Shown here piece by piece: positions 49,372-60,951 of a DNA stretch of 64,000 nt; position 1 is the stretch's first letter, and every line of letters starts with the position of its first letter. A program made the position numbers and the translations under genes. A model generated the notes under the pieces. That model saw nothing but the letters and a program-made list of their open reading frames with translations, was not told the origin of the DNA and searched no databases. This DNA comes from Chiloscyllium plagiosum (lineage: Eukaryota), in NCBI RefSeq assembly GCF_004010195.1, contig NC_057754.1, positions 1,942,306-2,006,305 of the forward strand, read 5' to 3'.

Positions 49372-50412
49372 TTCATTTATATAAATGATTTGGATGTTAA
49401 CATAGGAAGTATAGTTAGTAAGTTTGCAGATGAACCAAAATTGGAGGTGTAGTGGACAGTGAAGAAGGTTACCCCAGATTACAATGGGATCTTGATCAGA
49501 TGGGCCAATGGGCCAAGGAATGACAAATGGAGTTTAATTTAAATAAATGTGAGGTGCTGCATTTTGGAAAGGCAAATCATGGCAGGACTTATACACTTAA
49601 TGGTAAGGTCCTGGGGAGAACTACTGAATAAAAAGACGTTGGAGTACAGGTTCACTCTCCTTGAAAGTAGAGTCGCATGTAGATAAGACAGTGAAGAAGG
49701 CCACCTCCAGCAGGATGTCACTGCCAGATACATATTCTGCTTCCCTCCCTCGTTTGGTATGCTTTCCTTTATTGATCAGTGCATTGAGTAATAGGAATTG
49801 GAAGGTCATGTTGCAGCTGTACTGGATATTGGTCAGGCCACTTTTGGAATACTGTGTGCAATTCTGGTCTCCCTGCTACAGGAAGGATGTTGTGAAACTT
49901 GAAAGGGCAGGAAGGATGTTGTGAAACTTGAAAGGGTTCAGAAAAGATTTACAAGGATGTTGTCAGGGTTGGCGGCTTATAGGGAGCAATAGGGAGAGGC
50001 TGAACAGGCTGGGGCTATTTTTCCTGGAGCGTCGGAGGCTGAGGGGTGACCTTATAGGGGTTTATAAAATCACGAGGGGCATGGATAGGGTAAGTAGGCA
50101 AAGGTTGGGGGAGTCCAAAGATAGAGGGCAGAGGTTTAAGGTCAGAGGGGAAAGATTTGAAAGGGACCTAAGGGACAACCTTTTAACGTAGAGGGTGGTG
50201 CATGTGTGGAATGAGCTGCCAGAGGAAGTGGTGGAGTCTGGTACAATGACAGCATTTAAAAGGCATCTGGATGGGTGTACGAATAGGAAGAGTTTAGAGG
50301 GATATGGGCCAAGTGCTGGCAAATGGGACCTCAATTAATTTAGCATATCTGGTTGGCATAGAAGAGTTGGACCAAAGGGTCTGTTTCTATGCTGTACATC
50401 TCTATGACTCTA
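49372..50412 (+). mobile_element. CR1 (HER1-like) fragment, RT end to 3' UTR
   Basis: 'ataaatgatttggat...aagtttgcagatga' (INDL...KFAD) and 'LVRPLLEYCVQFWSPCYRKDVVKLER'. It contains a 29-bp tandem duplication near 49880-49937 and a foreign 50-bp insert. Confidence 0.95.
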
Positions 50413-51277
50413 ATATCTTCAGTTGTGACTGAGGTATACCTTCAGGAAAAGATTGAGATGCATCATTAGAATAATGTGTTGGAACTTACATTACCTGTAA
50501 TCAAACAAAATCAAAAATAGTTATTCTTTATTAAAATGTAACCACACACAAACTGACCATTGACTTTAAATACAACATGCACAAAAAGCTCAACGAGAAA
50601 GATGGGACAGAGATAAGGACCACTAACAATGTGGTAGCAAGGATTTAACTGTTCATTTCTCATGAAATTCTCCTGACAGAAATCTTTAAGGTTATAGTGC
50701 AGTTCAGTATATAGAGCATGTATTCCCTTTGGTTTGGTTCCAAAGACAACAGATGTATCCAGCTGAGGGACTTTAGAACTCAGAAGGTGGGTACTAAAAG
50801 ATGTTATGATTTAAGATTTTCTTAAAATTTAATTGCTATCATGAAAAATGTCAGAGTCTGGGAAAAGCCCATAGTCTAGGTCATCATTGAGTGTGGTACA
50901 ACGCCATCCTTTAAGTGGCTGCTGCTGCTGCCCAAGTTATGATCCAGTAAATCATAGTGTCTTTGTCTGATGATATTGATGAGGCTTTTGGATGAAGTAT
51001 TAAACTTGGACACCCTCTGCCATCATAAGTGGATGTGAAAGATACCTGTAACAGTATTTGGAAAAGAAACAGGAAACTATTCCCTGCCTTGTATTTATCC
51101 ATAAACCAACAGGTGAAGCTAGTAAAAGATAGGTCGCGGTGAAAATACTCAACTGGCCTGATAGCATTTATGGAGGGAGAACCCAAGTTAACATTTTGAG
51201 TCAAATGTGAATCAGGACTCACCTAAACATGAATTATATAGCCCTTATCACCGTGTTGCTGGTGGGAGTTTTCTCAG

Positions 51278-51471
51278 TGTCGATAAAGTGTGGAGCTGGA
51301 AAAAGCACAACAGGTCAAGCTGCTTCAGAGGAACAGGGAACCTTTCATCAGGTTCTGACCTGAAACGTTGCCTTCCCTGCTCCTCAGATGCTGCTTGATT
51401 TGCTATGCTTTTTTTCAGCTCCACACTTTATCAACTCTGACTTTCTAGCATCTGCAGTCCTCACTATCTCA
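51278..51471. mobile_element. Fold-back PLE 3'-end insertion, older
   Basis: Inverted arms meet near 51352 at HHR remnants ('ttcatcagg' and 'gacctgaaacgttg'). The 12-bp TSD is gagtt(t/g)tctcag-like: gagttttctcag at 51266-51277 and gagtttgctcag at 51472-51483. Confidence 0.8.
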
Positions 51472-52840
51472 GAGTTTGCTCAGGAGCAACTTGTCTCTTT
51501 AAAGCTTACAACAGTACAGTAATGAGAGGAAGAAATTGTGCCCCGTAAGATGGTTTTGTGGTTTCCCAGTATTGGAAGCAGGTGGATAGAGAGAAGGGAC
51601 CAAAAGGTTTTTTCCATGCTCCTTTACACTGTCTGCTTTAGTAAAGAAGTACACAACCTTTGAACAAAATTCTCTTTCGCTATTCATCCACTGGCAATGC
51701 CAGCACTTATTGTCCACTCCTGGTTCCCTTTGAGAAGCTTGAGGTGAGCCACCTTCTTGAATACAACTGAGTTGCTTGCTCGCTAAACCCAGAGAACAGT
51801 TAGTGGTCAACTAACAGTCAACAGTGGGCCCTGAAGGCATGTGTCTGCCAGACTGGAAACAAATGGTAGATTTCCTTCCCTAAGGGATTCTGATGAACCA
51901 GGTGGTTTCTTTACAAGCCATCCAGTAGTTTCATATTAACAGTTGCTGATAAATAGCTTTTTATTTCAGATTTATTACATTCTTTACCTGTTGCCATATT
52001 GTGCAATATCAGCAATCAAGGATCTTCACGGTGCTTGATAGCAGCCAACATTTTAGTGTTGTTCCCAAATCTTGGACCTATTCTGCTTTTTAAATTGCCT
52101 GCAATCCCTCTTGTTTTCCTCTTGGTTTGCTGCACTCCAGTCACTTCCAGATGGTCTAGCTTCTCTCTCTCCTAAGAACATGCCCAAATGATAGGAAATG
52201 TCATTTTGCAAAAAAGTTCTTCTCATTGCTGGCTTCCCTCAAAACATCCTCATTAGTTCTGTGTCATCATCATACATCTTAGAAACAGCATCTCAGTTGA
52301 GTTTAGTGTACCTTCCATTGTCTTGTCTGTATCCAATTTCCATGTTCAAGTCATAAAGCTGACCAGATGTAACATTCTGCTATTCTCTTTCTGCTTTCTG
52401 TAGAGAGATTCTTAGTTCTAATATGGTCTGAGGTGTTGGTGAGGGTTTGGTTTGTTATTTATTGTTAGGTTTATTTCATTAACTGTAATTTAATGCAACT
52501 GCTGTGCTGAAATTTGAACTCATATCTCCAGAACATTTGTCCAGACCTGTAGTTCACTAGTCCCACAATATTCTCTCTATCCTATATCCACCAGTAGGGA
52601 ATGTTAGCTCTAGATTGTCCAGGATACAAAGTGAAATACAGCTAGCTGAATGTGATATATTTACCAAGTACAGTAGAATCCTATTGTTGCCCTTCCCTGC
52701 ACCATCACACATACAGAAGATTCTCTCCTTGACAAAGGGACATTGAATACACATTTTCGTGGAGATACCTACAATGCAAGGGGCAGGTAGGCCAATTTGC
52801 AGCTTTTATGAAAGGAAGAAAGCACAGTTGTATCTTGTCA

Positions 52841-53159
52841 TTAGGTTAGATTAGATTCCCTACAGTATGGAAACAGCCCCTTCAGCCCAACAAGTCCACA
52901 ACGATCCTCCGAAGAGCAACCCACCCAGACCCATTCCCCCACCCTATATATACCCCTGACTAATGCACCTAAAACTATGGGTAGTTTAGCACGGCCAATT
53001 CACCTGACCTGCACATCTTTGGATTGTGGGAGGAAACCCAGTCAGACACGGGGAGAATGTGCAAACTCCACGCACACACAGTTGCCTGTGGTGGGAATTG
53101 AACCTGGGTCCCTGCTGCTGTGAGGCATATGTGCTAACCACTGAGCCACCGTGCCACCC
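52841..53159 (-). mobile_element. HE1-type V-SINE, full length
   Basis: Reverse complement of 15063-15363 with a (tctaa)n tail. Confidence 0.9.
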
Positions 53160-53394
53160 AACTTGCTTGCTTGCCATTTATTAGTTTGCTCATCTGCTGT
53201 AAATGCAACTCAAAGGGCGATTTTTTTCCATTATTTGGCAATGTTTGTTTGAATGAGATTCCCGGTTTACTATGACCTCCATTGGCATTTCACATGCAAT
53301 GTTCCACTCTTCTTCTTTTAATCATGCAACTGGCTTCTTTAGTGCAGATATCGTGGAATCATTCAGCAGGAGAGGGGAGCAAGGGAAAACAATC

Positions 53395-53745
53395 TCTCCA
53401 CATATAATCCTGACAAGTCCCATAAGAATCTTGTATATTTCAATGAGGTCGCTTCTCATTCTCCTAAATTCCAATAAGTACAGGCCCAACCTAGTTGACT
53501 TCAAAAGACAGCCCCTCCATAATGGGATCAGTGTAGTGAACCTTGGTTGAATTGCCTTGAATGCCAATAAATCTTTCCTTAGATAAGTGACCCAAAATTG
53601 TTCATGATATTCCAGCTGTGGTCTGACTAGTGCCTTTCATTGTTTTAGCAAAACCTTCATTCTTTTATACTCTATTCCTTTTGAAATAAAAGTCAACATT
53701 CCGTTGGCCTTTCCTATGATGTGCTCAACTTTTGTGATTCATGCA
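53395..53745 (-). mobile_element. CR1 fragment
   Basis: 'RLGLYLLEFRRMRSDLIEIYKILMGL'. Confidence 0.8.
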
Positions 53746-55344
53746 TAACAGAAGAGATCCTTTTTTAAAGTAATCATTTTGTGATCGGGTGGGGGGGGTG
53801 GCATAAGTGAATAAAGAAGTGGAACCAGTTCATGCCTCTTCACCTGGAAGCTTGACCATTTCACGTATCCTGTCTGGAACTATAACAAATTGGGAGATCC
53901 TCACCTGGGATTTGTGCTATTCTCCTCAGCTACTTCCCATGGTGGGTAGTTCCACATTCTCATCATGCTCTAGCTAAATGGTTTCTTAGCTGAATGCTGA
54001 CATAAGGGCCATTAAAAAATAAAGCGAGGTGTCACATCTGCTGCTGACTCCTAGGGGCACGGTTTCCTGAGAATACGATGCCCAGTGCTGGTGAGAAAGA
54101 GGAAATGGAAGATGTGCGAAGTGTTTTATCTTGCTGGCCACACTCAGGATATGGCTCCTCTTGGAGCCCTGTTTTGCAGTGCTGGGTGTGAAAGGGTTGG
54201 CAGTCAGTGTTCAGTACAGCTGCTTCCAAGTGGCACAAGTGATAATTCTTGGTCGTTTGCTTACACACAGAGTTTTGATTGCATGCTTGTACTCATTTAC
54301 ATATCTGTTTGTGCATTGGTAAAATATCAAATTGAAATCCATACAGGCAGCTAAACCTGGGAAACCTTCTCTGCAGATCTTTAGATGTACCATTTAGCTG
54401 GCCGCATGCAACGGAATTCTGACGGAGAAGCAGATAAAGGAGGCAGACTGCTTGGCTTTTTCATAGCTTATTTAAATTGATTCATTGCATGATGTGCCAA
54501 CATTTCAAATATATTCTGACAGAATTCTGAATATTTGAGTGTCCCCTGTATCCAATGACAGCAGGCAGAATAAGTGAGATGAAGAGAAGGCAGAACTTCA
54601 CTTGTTCAAATCGCCATGAATATCTGAAGGTGAGAGATTGTAAAGAGGAGTGAATGGAGCTCTACATGTGAAGGTCCCCATGATCATCAAGATGGTCACT
54701 CATGGCACTGGCACTCAGAAACAAGGGCCAGTATCAGTAGACAGAATACAAGAAAAGGAAGAATTGTCTCTCTTCATAAAACTTCAGCAGAAGATCCTTT
54801 GTTCTTCTCTGTCAGGAATTCTATGCTTCCACTTTTAACATTGTGTTGAATTGCTGCAGCTTACTTCAAAGTTCAGCAGGCTCCCATCCTTGATGCACCC
54901 TGGCTGACAGCAAACCACATGTCAATTGACCTGAGAGTTTCAACAGGTGGGCTGTGAAACTCTGTCAAGATCACAAACAAACTTAGAGGGAGGAAATTAA
55001 AAGTGCCAGGAATGGCTTCCCTGTGAATTTCCATGTTGCCAAAACTGCCATCATGGTTCCAGGACTGCCAAAGCACTGGATATGCTTTGAATCTTCTTGA
55101 AATTGGTTCCAGGACTCAAATGCATATTCTCTCAGATCCTGAACATTGATACTTATCGAAAAGTATGACTCCAGATATCAGGTGAAGCAACAATTAGATT
55201 TGTCTGCATTGTCCTTCATTGTAAATTAGCCTACCTACCAACACCCATAGCCCAGAGTGAAACATGAAGAATGGCCATTTGAGTAATGTATTGAGTGAAG
55301 CTTTGGAAGATGCATCCCAGCCAGGTTGTTCAAACAAGTGGGGA

Positions 55345-55448
55345 GAAACAAAAACATAAATTTCTGGAAAAGCTCAGCAGGTCTGGCAGTATCTGTGGAT
55401 AGAGTTCAGAGATAATGTTTCGGGTCCAGTGACCCTTCCTCAGAACTG
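55345..55448 (-). mobile_element. PLE 3'-end fragment ending at an HHR (family B)
   Basis: Reverse complement of the 20740-20835 type sequence. Confidence 0.75.
55410..55447 (-). ncRNA. Minimal hammerhead ribozyme (family B)
   Basis: The minus strand reads AGTT-CTGAGGA-A-GGGTC-ACTG-GACCC-GAAA-CATT-ATCT. Helix I is AGTT/AACT in sister copies. Confidence 0.7.
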
Positions 55449-55879
55449 ATTTTTGGTAGGAAGTAGTTTTTTAGGTTTCTGATTTCCAACATCCTCAATG
55501 TTTTTTTTAAAGTAGAGAGAATAATTGAAACAATAAAGATTTGGGGCGTTGGGCCCATTAGACATGACAAGTTGTAGTTCATATGTCCTTGTTTGCTATG
55601 ATCTGCCTATACTACTTGCAAAACAAAGCTTTTCACTGTACGTAGTGTGCATGTTACTACAATAAACCTTGATGCTGTAAACAGCTAATAAGTGTATTAC
55701 ATGAACACACAGTGAAAGCTTTGTTTGCTGCATCTGTCTCATGTTGATTACTTTCAGACAATATGTTTTAATATTTCTGTAAGAAAACAAAGTGAAATAC
55801 AGGACTTGAAAAGACTCCTTTCCCTCGCTGGATGTTCAGGTCACAGGCCTGGAATATTTCCTAGTGATTATTCTTTATC

Positions 55880-56592
55880 ATGTAGAGGATACCTTCTCCT
55901 GCTACCACAAGAAGTGCAAAACCTGCACCCACACCTCTCTCCTCACCTCCGTCCCAGGCCCCAAAGAATCCATCCACATCCAACAGAAATTCACCTGTAC
56001 TTCCACACACATCATTTACTGTATCTGTTGCACCCGATGTGGTCTCCTCTACGCTAGGGACACAGGACGCCAACTCGTGGATCATTTCAGAGAACATCTC
56101 TGGGACACCAACCCCACTGCCCTGTCGCTGAATACTTTAACTCCCCCTCCCACTCTGCCAAGGACATGCAGGTCCTGGGCGTCCTCCATCGCCAAACCCT
56201 AACCACCCGACGCCTGGAGGAAGAACGCCTTGTCTTCTGCCTTGGGACCCTCCAATCACACGGCATCAGTGTGGATTTCACCAGTTTCCCCATTTCCCCT
56301 CCCCCCACCTTATCCCAGTCCCAACCTTCCAACTTGGCACTGTCCCCTTGAACAGTCCCACCTGTCCCATCTTCCTTTCCACGTATCTGCTCCACCCTCC
56401 TCTTCGACCTCTACCTCTTTCACCTCTACCTTCATCTACCTTTCCCCTTTGCCCCACCTTCTCCCATTTGTCTCTCAGTCCCCTTGGCCCACAAACCTCA
56501 TTCCTGATGAAGGGCTTATTCCTGAAACGTTGATTCTCCTGCTCTTTGGATGCCGCCTCACCAGCTGTGCTTTTCCAGCACCACATTCTTCG
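55880..56592 (+). mobile_element. Penelope-like element 3' fragment (GIY-YIG and family A tail)
   Basis: 'CKTCTHTS...FTCTSTHIIYCICCTRCGLLYARDTGRQLVDHFREHL' and 'RRLEEERLVFCLGTLQSHGISVDFTSF'. A degenerate HHR, CTGATGA-AGGGC-TTAT-TCCT-GAAACGTT, lies at 56504-56531. Confidence 0.9.
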
Positions 56593-56944
56593 AGAAAGGA
56601 TGCTTATGAAGAATGAAGCACTTTATTGTTTCACATCAGGACATACAATTAGTTTGGCATTACAGCCTCTGAAGGACTTCTTATTTAAGATTTACTTTAA
56701 AATGATCTGAACTCACTTTGAGGTGTTCATGGTAAATATGATCTTGAAATATAATGTAAATCATCTGTTTTCATAATGCACTGAATAATAACTGTATACC
56801 TCAAAACATCTATTTTGGCACATTGAACATTTGCAAAGAATGCAAATGGTTTTGACAGCAACTAATTTGCAACTAATTTTCTCCAAGCTTTTTGTTCCTA
56901 CCCTTTGTTTTTATTGCTGTGGAGAAACTGTCCATTAGTAATTA

Positions 56945-57078
56945 TGATGTGGAGGAGCTGATGTTGGACTGGGATGGGTAAAGTTAAAAATCACACAACA
57001 CCAGGTTATAGTTCAACAGGTTTATTTGGAAGTCAAATAAACCTGTTGGACTATAACCTGGTGCTGTGTGATTTTTAA
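56945..57078. mobile_element. Short fold-back PLE insertion (family C tail, no HHR)
   Basis: Inverted arms of about 45 bp. Perfect 12-bp TSD cattagtaatta at 56933-56944 and 57079-57090. Confidence 0.85.
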
Positions 57079-57120
57079 CATTAGTAATTACGCAAGAGCC
57101 TTTAATTGTGATTAAAGGCT

Positions 57121-57333
57121 CAATATACCGGCCAATATACAGGTCCAATATACCGGCCACTACAGCAGACAGCTGAAACTGACAACCGGAAGCGGCAGGG
57201 ACAGGCCACTATAAATGCCGGAGTAAACACCATAGAAGCGCTTCACAGGAGGCTCTCAAGCACTGAGGATGTCACCTAGACAGGGGACGAAACGTTTGCA
57301 ACAAAAACTTCCAGCTCGGCGAACAGAACCACA
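57121..57333 (+). mobile_element. PLE terminal fragment of a fourth family (HHR family D)
   Basis: 'ccaatataccggccacta' (PIYRPL) resembles a PLE ORF end. It is followed by a TATAAA near 57210 and an HHR. Confidence 0.6.
57260..57299 (+). ncRNA. Minimal hammerhead ribozyme (family D), intact
   Basis: Sequence is GCA-CTGAGGA-T-GTC-A-CCT-AGAC-AGG-G-GAC-GAAA-CGTT-TGC: helix I GCA/TGC, long helix II, palindromic AACGTT, NUH = GUU. Confidence 0.8.
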
Positions 57334-58024
57334 GCTTCCTTAAGTAAATTGAGCTGTTACCTTTTTATAGAATTAAATTTAATGCAGTGAGGACTTTTGA
57401 TGCTGTGAGCAAAATACTGTGGATCCTACAAATCTGAAATTAAGACAGGCAACATCTGTGGCTTGAGAAACCAAGACGACACTTCAGGTCAATGATCTTT
57501 CAGCAGAATAGCATTAAATATTTTTATTTCTTTAAAATAACCAGAGCACAGCCGATGTCTGTTTGTATCGTCCGGGATTATAGACTAAAGTTCTATTTCG
57601 ACGAACCTGTTGTAATACAGCTGCCAACACTATATCAAATAAGTACAACATTGGGTTACTTCTTTCAAGTTGGAGTGCTTGATGTGTTCTTATAATGTGC
57701 ACTGCAATTTGAAAGATTATCTATGACATATGTTTACATGTAATTTGGACTGCTGCTTTGTGCAATTGACTTAAAGGATTTTAGAGTACAGAAGATGACC
57801 ATTCGACACACTGTGACTGTAGTGGCTCCTGAAAGAGCTATCCAGCTAGTCCCACTCTCCAACTCTGTCCCTTTGGCCCCCTAAATTAATCACTTTCAAA
57901 TATTTCCAACATTCTAGCTTGAGTCCAAGAACTCTGAAAAGTGAATTGAAATATACAGTAAATTGGAGGTTTAGATATCCAAACTAAGACCTTCTAGTTG
58001 GCTGAGAGAGAAAGCTTCCATTTC

Positions 58025-58350
58025 GTACAAACCCCACAGTGCGGAAGCAGGCCATGCAGCAAATCAAGTCCACACCATCCTTCCAAAGGGCATCCCACAC
58101 AGATCCATTCCCCCACTCTATCCCTGTAACCGTGCATTTCCCATGGCTAATCCACCTAGCTTGCAAATCTCAGGCAATTTAGCAGGATCAATTCACCTAA
58201 CCTGCACATTTTTGGACTGTGGGAGGAAATGGAGCACCCGGAGGAAACCCAGACAGACACAGGGAGAATGTTCAAGCTCCACAAAGACAGTTGCCTGAGG
58301 CTGGAACTTGGGTCCCTGGTGTTGTGAGGCGCACAATGCATTAACCAGCC
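58025..58350 (-). mobile_element. HE1-type V-SINE
   Basis: Reverse-complement V core 'tttggactgtgggaggaaatggagcacccggaggaaaccc' with the tRNA head at 58290-58350. Confidence 0.85.
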
Positions 58351-58840
58351 GCATCATTGATAATCTTCTGTTTTTTCTCTTTATTCTTGTATGTGATGTG
58401 GGTGTCATTGGCAAAGCTGGCATTTTTTACTCATTGCTAGTTACCATTGAACCAATTAGCTCCCTGGGCCATTACATAATACAGTTAAGAGTCAACCAAA
58501 TTGTTATGGACCTGGAAACACAAAGGTTTACTGTGATCATTTTACTTAATGGCAATTTTTTATAAAGAACTATACATGTTGTAATCACTTTGTCTTGCTG
58601 GACTATAAGTATGTTGTCATCACCTTCTGTATCTTGCCAAAGTTGTTGTTCTTCATTAATTTGAAGACAGGGAGCGCAGAGTAGCTTTTGACAGGTAGGG
58701 ACACTCACAACAAGGCCTAACCTGTCACCACATAGAACCTTTATAAAAATGATTACTAGATAATCATAAGGAGCAAGGAGTTGTGACTGTGTTTTCCTCT
58801 ATCTGAACCCTGGTACATTCCATCCAATATCAAGCTTTTT

Positions 58841-59243
58841 TAGATTAGATTAGATTAGATTCCCTACAATGTAGAAACAGGCCATTCAGCCCAACAAGTC
58901 CATATAAAGGTTTATAAAATCACAAAGGGATGGACAGGGCAAGTAGCCAAGGTCTTTTTCCCAGATTAGGGAAGTCCAAAACTAGAGGGTATAGGTGAGA
59001 GGGGAAAAATTTAAAAGAGACCTAAAGGGCAACATTTTCAAACAGAAGATGGTGCGTGTATGGAATGAGCTGACAGAGGAAGTGGTGGAGGTTGGTTCAA
59101 TTACAGCATTTAAAACGTATCTGGATGGGTACATGAATAAGAAGGCTATGGGGGTTATGGGCCAGATGCTGACAAATGGGACTAATTTAATTTAGTATAT
59201 TTGGTCAGCACGGATGAGTTGGACCGAAAGGTCTATGACTCTA
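58841..59243. mobile_element. HE1 tail (minus, 58841-58903) abutting a CR1 3' fragment (plus, 58906-59243)
   Basis: A (tagat)n tail is followed by 'FKRDLKGNIFKQKMVRVWNELTEEVVE'. Confidence 0.8.
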
Positions 59244-59689
59244 ATTGCTACTCTGGATGAGTTGTGCTAGCTGAATGTAGACCACAAATCAGTCCTGGGA
59301 CTTTCCTATGGCTCAGATTCAAATGAGACAGATTGTTAATTCTGAGCTGTATCCATAACAAATGGTTAGTGGCAGCAGTCTTGGCTTGTGAGTGTTGTGT
59401 ACTCAGCTCTACCCCAATGTTAATGTTGTCAGGAATTCTTTTAAGTTACAACCATGCAGTTGCAAATCACTTGTGTTTTATTGAATGCTGCCTTCCAGCT
59501 GACAGTTCTCAAATGTAAAATTATTTGTTTGACTAAGTTTCCTCTTTTTAACAATTTGCAGCTATTATTTTGGCAAGCCCTGTTATAATGATACCTGCAG
59601 CGTGATTGAATCCGAAACTGAACAAGATAATTCCATTGTTGCTGAAACTGTGGATGTATTTTCTGTATAGTGCAACTGGTTGAGGTCGA

Positions 59690-59898
59690 CAAGGTCAGAA
59701 GTCACACGACACCAAGTTATAGTGCAACAGGTTTATTTGAAATCACAATCTTTCGGAGCATTGCTGCTTTGTCAAGTGAAGTGATGAAGGGCCACGCTTC
59801 GAAAGCTTGTGATGTCAAATAAACCTGTTGACTATAACCTGGTGTCATCTGACTTCTGACCTTGTCCACCCCAGTCCAACACCGGCACATCCACAACA
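59690..59898. mobile_element. Fold-back PLE insertion (family C variant) with two degenerate HHR cores
   Basis: Inverted arms meet near 59780. The plus core is 'gTGATGA-AGGGCCACGCTTC-GAAAGCTT-GTG'. The 13-bp TSD is tggttgaggtcga / tggttggggttga (59677-59689 and 59899-59911). Confidence 0.8.
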
Positions 59899-60409
59899 TG
59901 GTTGGGGTTGATGAAAGTAATTTTGAATGGTTGATTGACACCCTGAAGTTTTGCAAAGTTAGTTAATAGGGTCAAGAGGTTTTGCATTTAGTTGATGACT
60001 TTCTTCAGGATACAGAATGCATTGATTAGTTTTCAAAAGGGCAGGTTGCTGAATTGCCCAAATTTGTAGGCAGTACCAAAGTGGAGACAAGAACAAAGAA
60101 TGAAAACTAATGTCACAAGTTCAAACAAGACCTTGACAAGCTGGTATAACTTAGTGTTGAGGATTGCAAAGTGACAGCATTTATCAGTGGGTACAAGGAG
60201 ATGTTGTGCTAAAGGGAAAAGCAGTGAGCGATCCGAACAGGGGAGAGACATTTCAGTGGAAGGAAAGGGAAATTTGTAGCTTCTGCTTATGACATGCAAA
60301 CCTCCCTTCCTGCACTTGTTTCAGATAATGCTTTAAGACTCAGAGACAATAAAGCTGAAAAATCTGGCTTTGGATAGCTACTTTCAACTCCAAATTTTTA
60401 AAAATTATG

Positions 60410-60745
60410 TCATAGGGTGTGGGTGTCACCCGCAACATCAGCATTTATTGCCAATTCTTAATTGCTCTTGAACTGGGTACCTTGGTCGTTTATTTCATTG
60501 GGCAGTTAAGAGTCAGCAACACTGGTCTGGTTCAAGGACAGCAGATTTTCTTCCCGAATTTATGAACAGGATAGTTTCTGCCTATGCTTTCATGGTCACC
60601 TTTACTGAGACTGACTTTGAATTCCATGTCTATTGAGTTTAATTCAGTTTAGCTGTTGCCATGACAGGATTTGAACCTATGCCCTCAGAAGCGTGTGTTG
60701 GTCCTCTAGATCACTAGTCCAAGTACATTACTACTTCCCCACTGC
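60410..60745 (-). mobile_element. tRNA-headed SINE-like element (2480-2820 family)
   Basis: The reverse complement shows the head 'tagtaatgtacttggactagtgatctagagg...ggttcaaatcc', the body and the shared tail. Confidence 0.65.
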
Positions 60746-60951
60746 CAACCAAGAAGCCTTTGGATGCATTCATGGTTATGTTTTTGTGTACGTAGTTTGA
60801 TTAAATGGCCATTCTGAGTGTAAGATAAGCAGACCATTGTGAGTTTGTACTTTCCTTTCCACAAAACCCCTGATTTCCACACTATAGTGTGGTCCTATCT
60901 ACATAACTTTAACATCATCTTTTGAAACCCTCATCTATGCATTGATTACTA

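Noticed and set aside
59245..59320. LF-SINE-like remnant on the minus strand
   Set aside because: The resemblance is from memory over only about 75 diverged bases, too weak to call.
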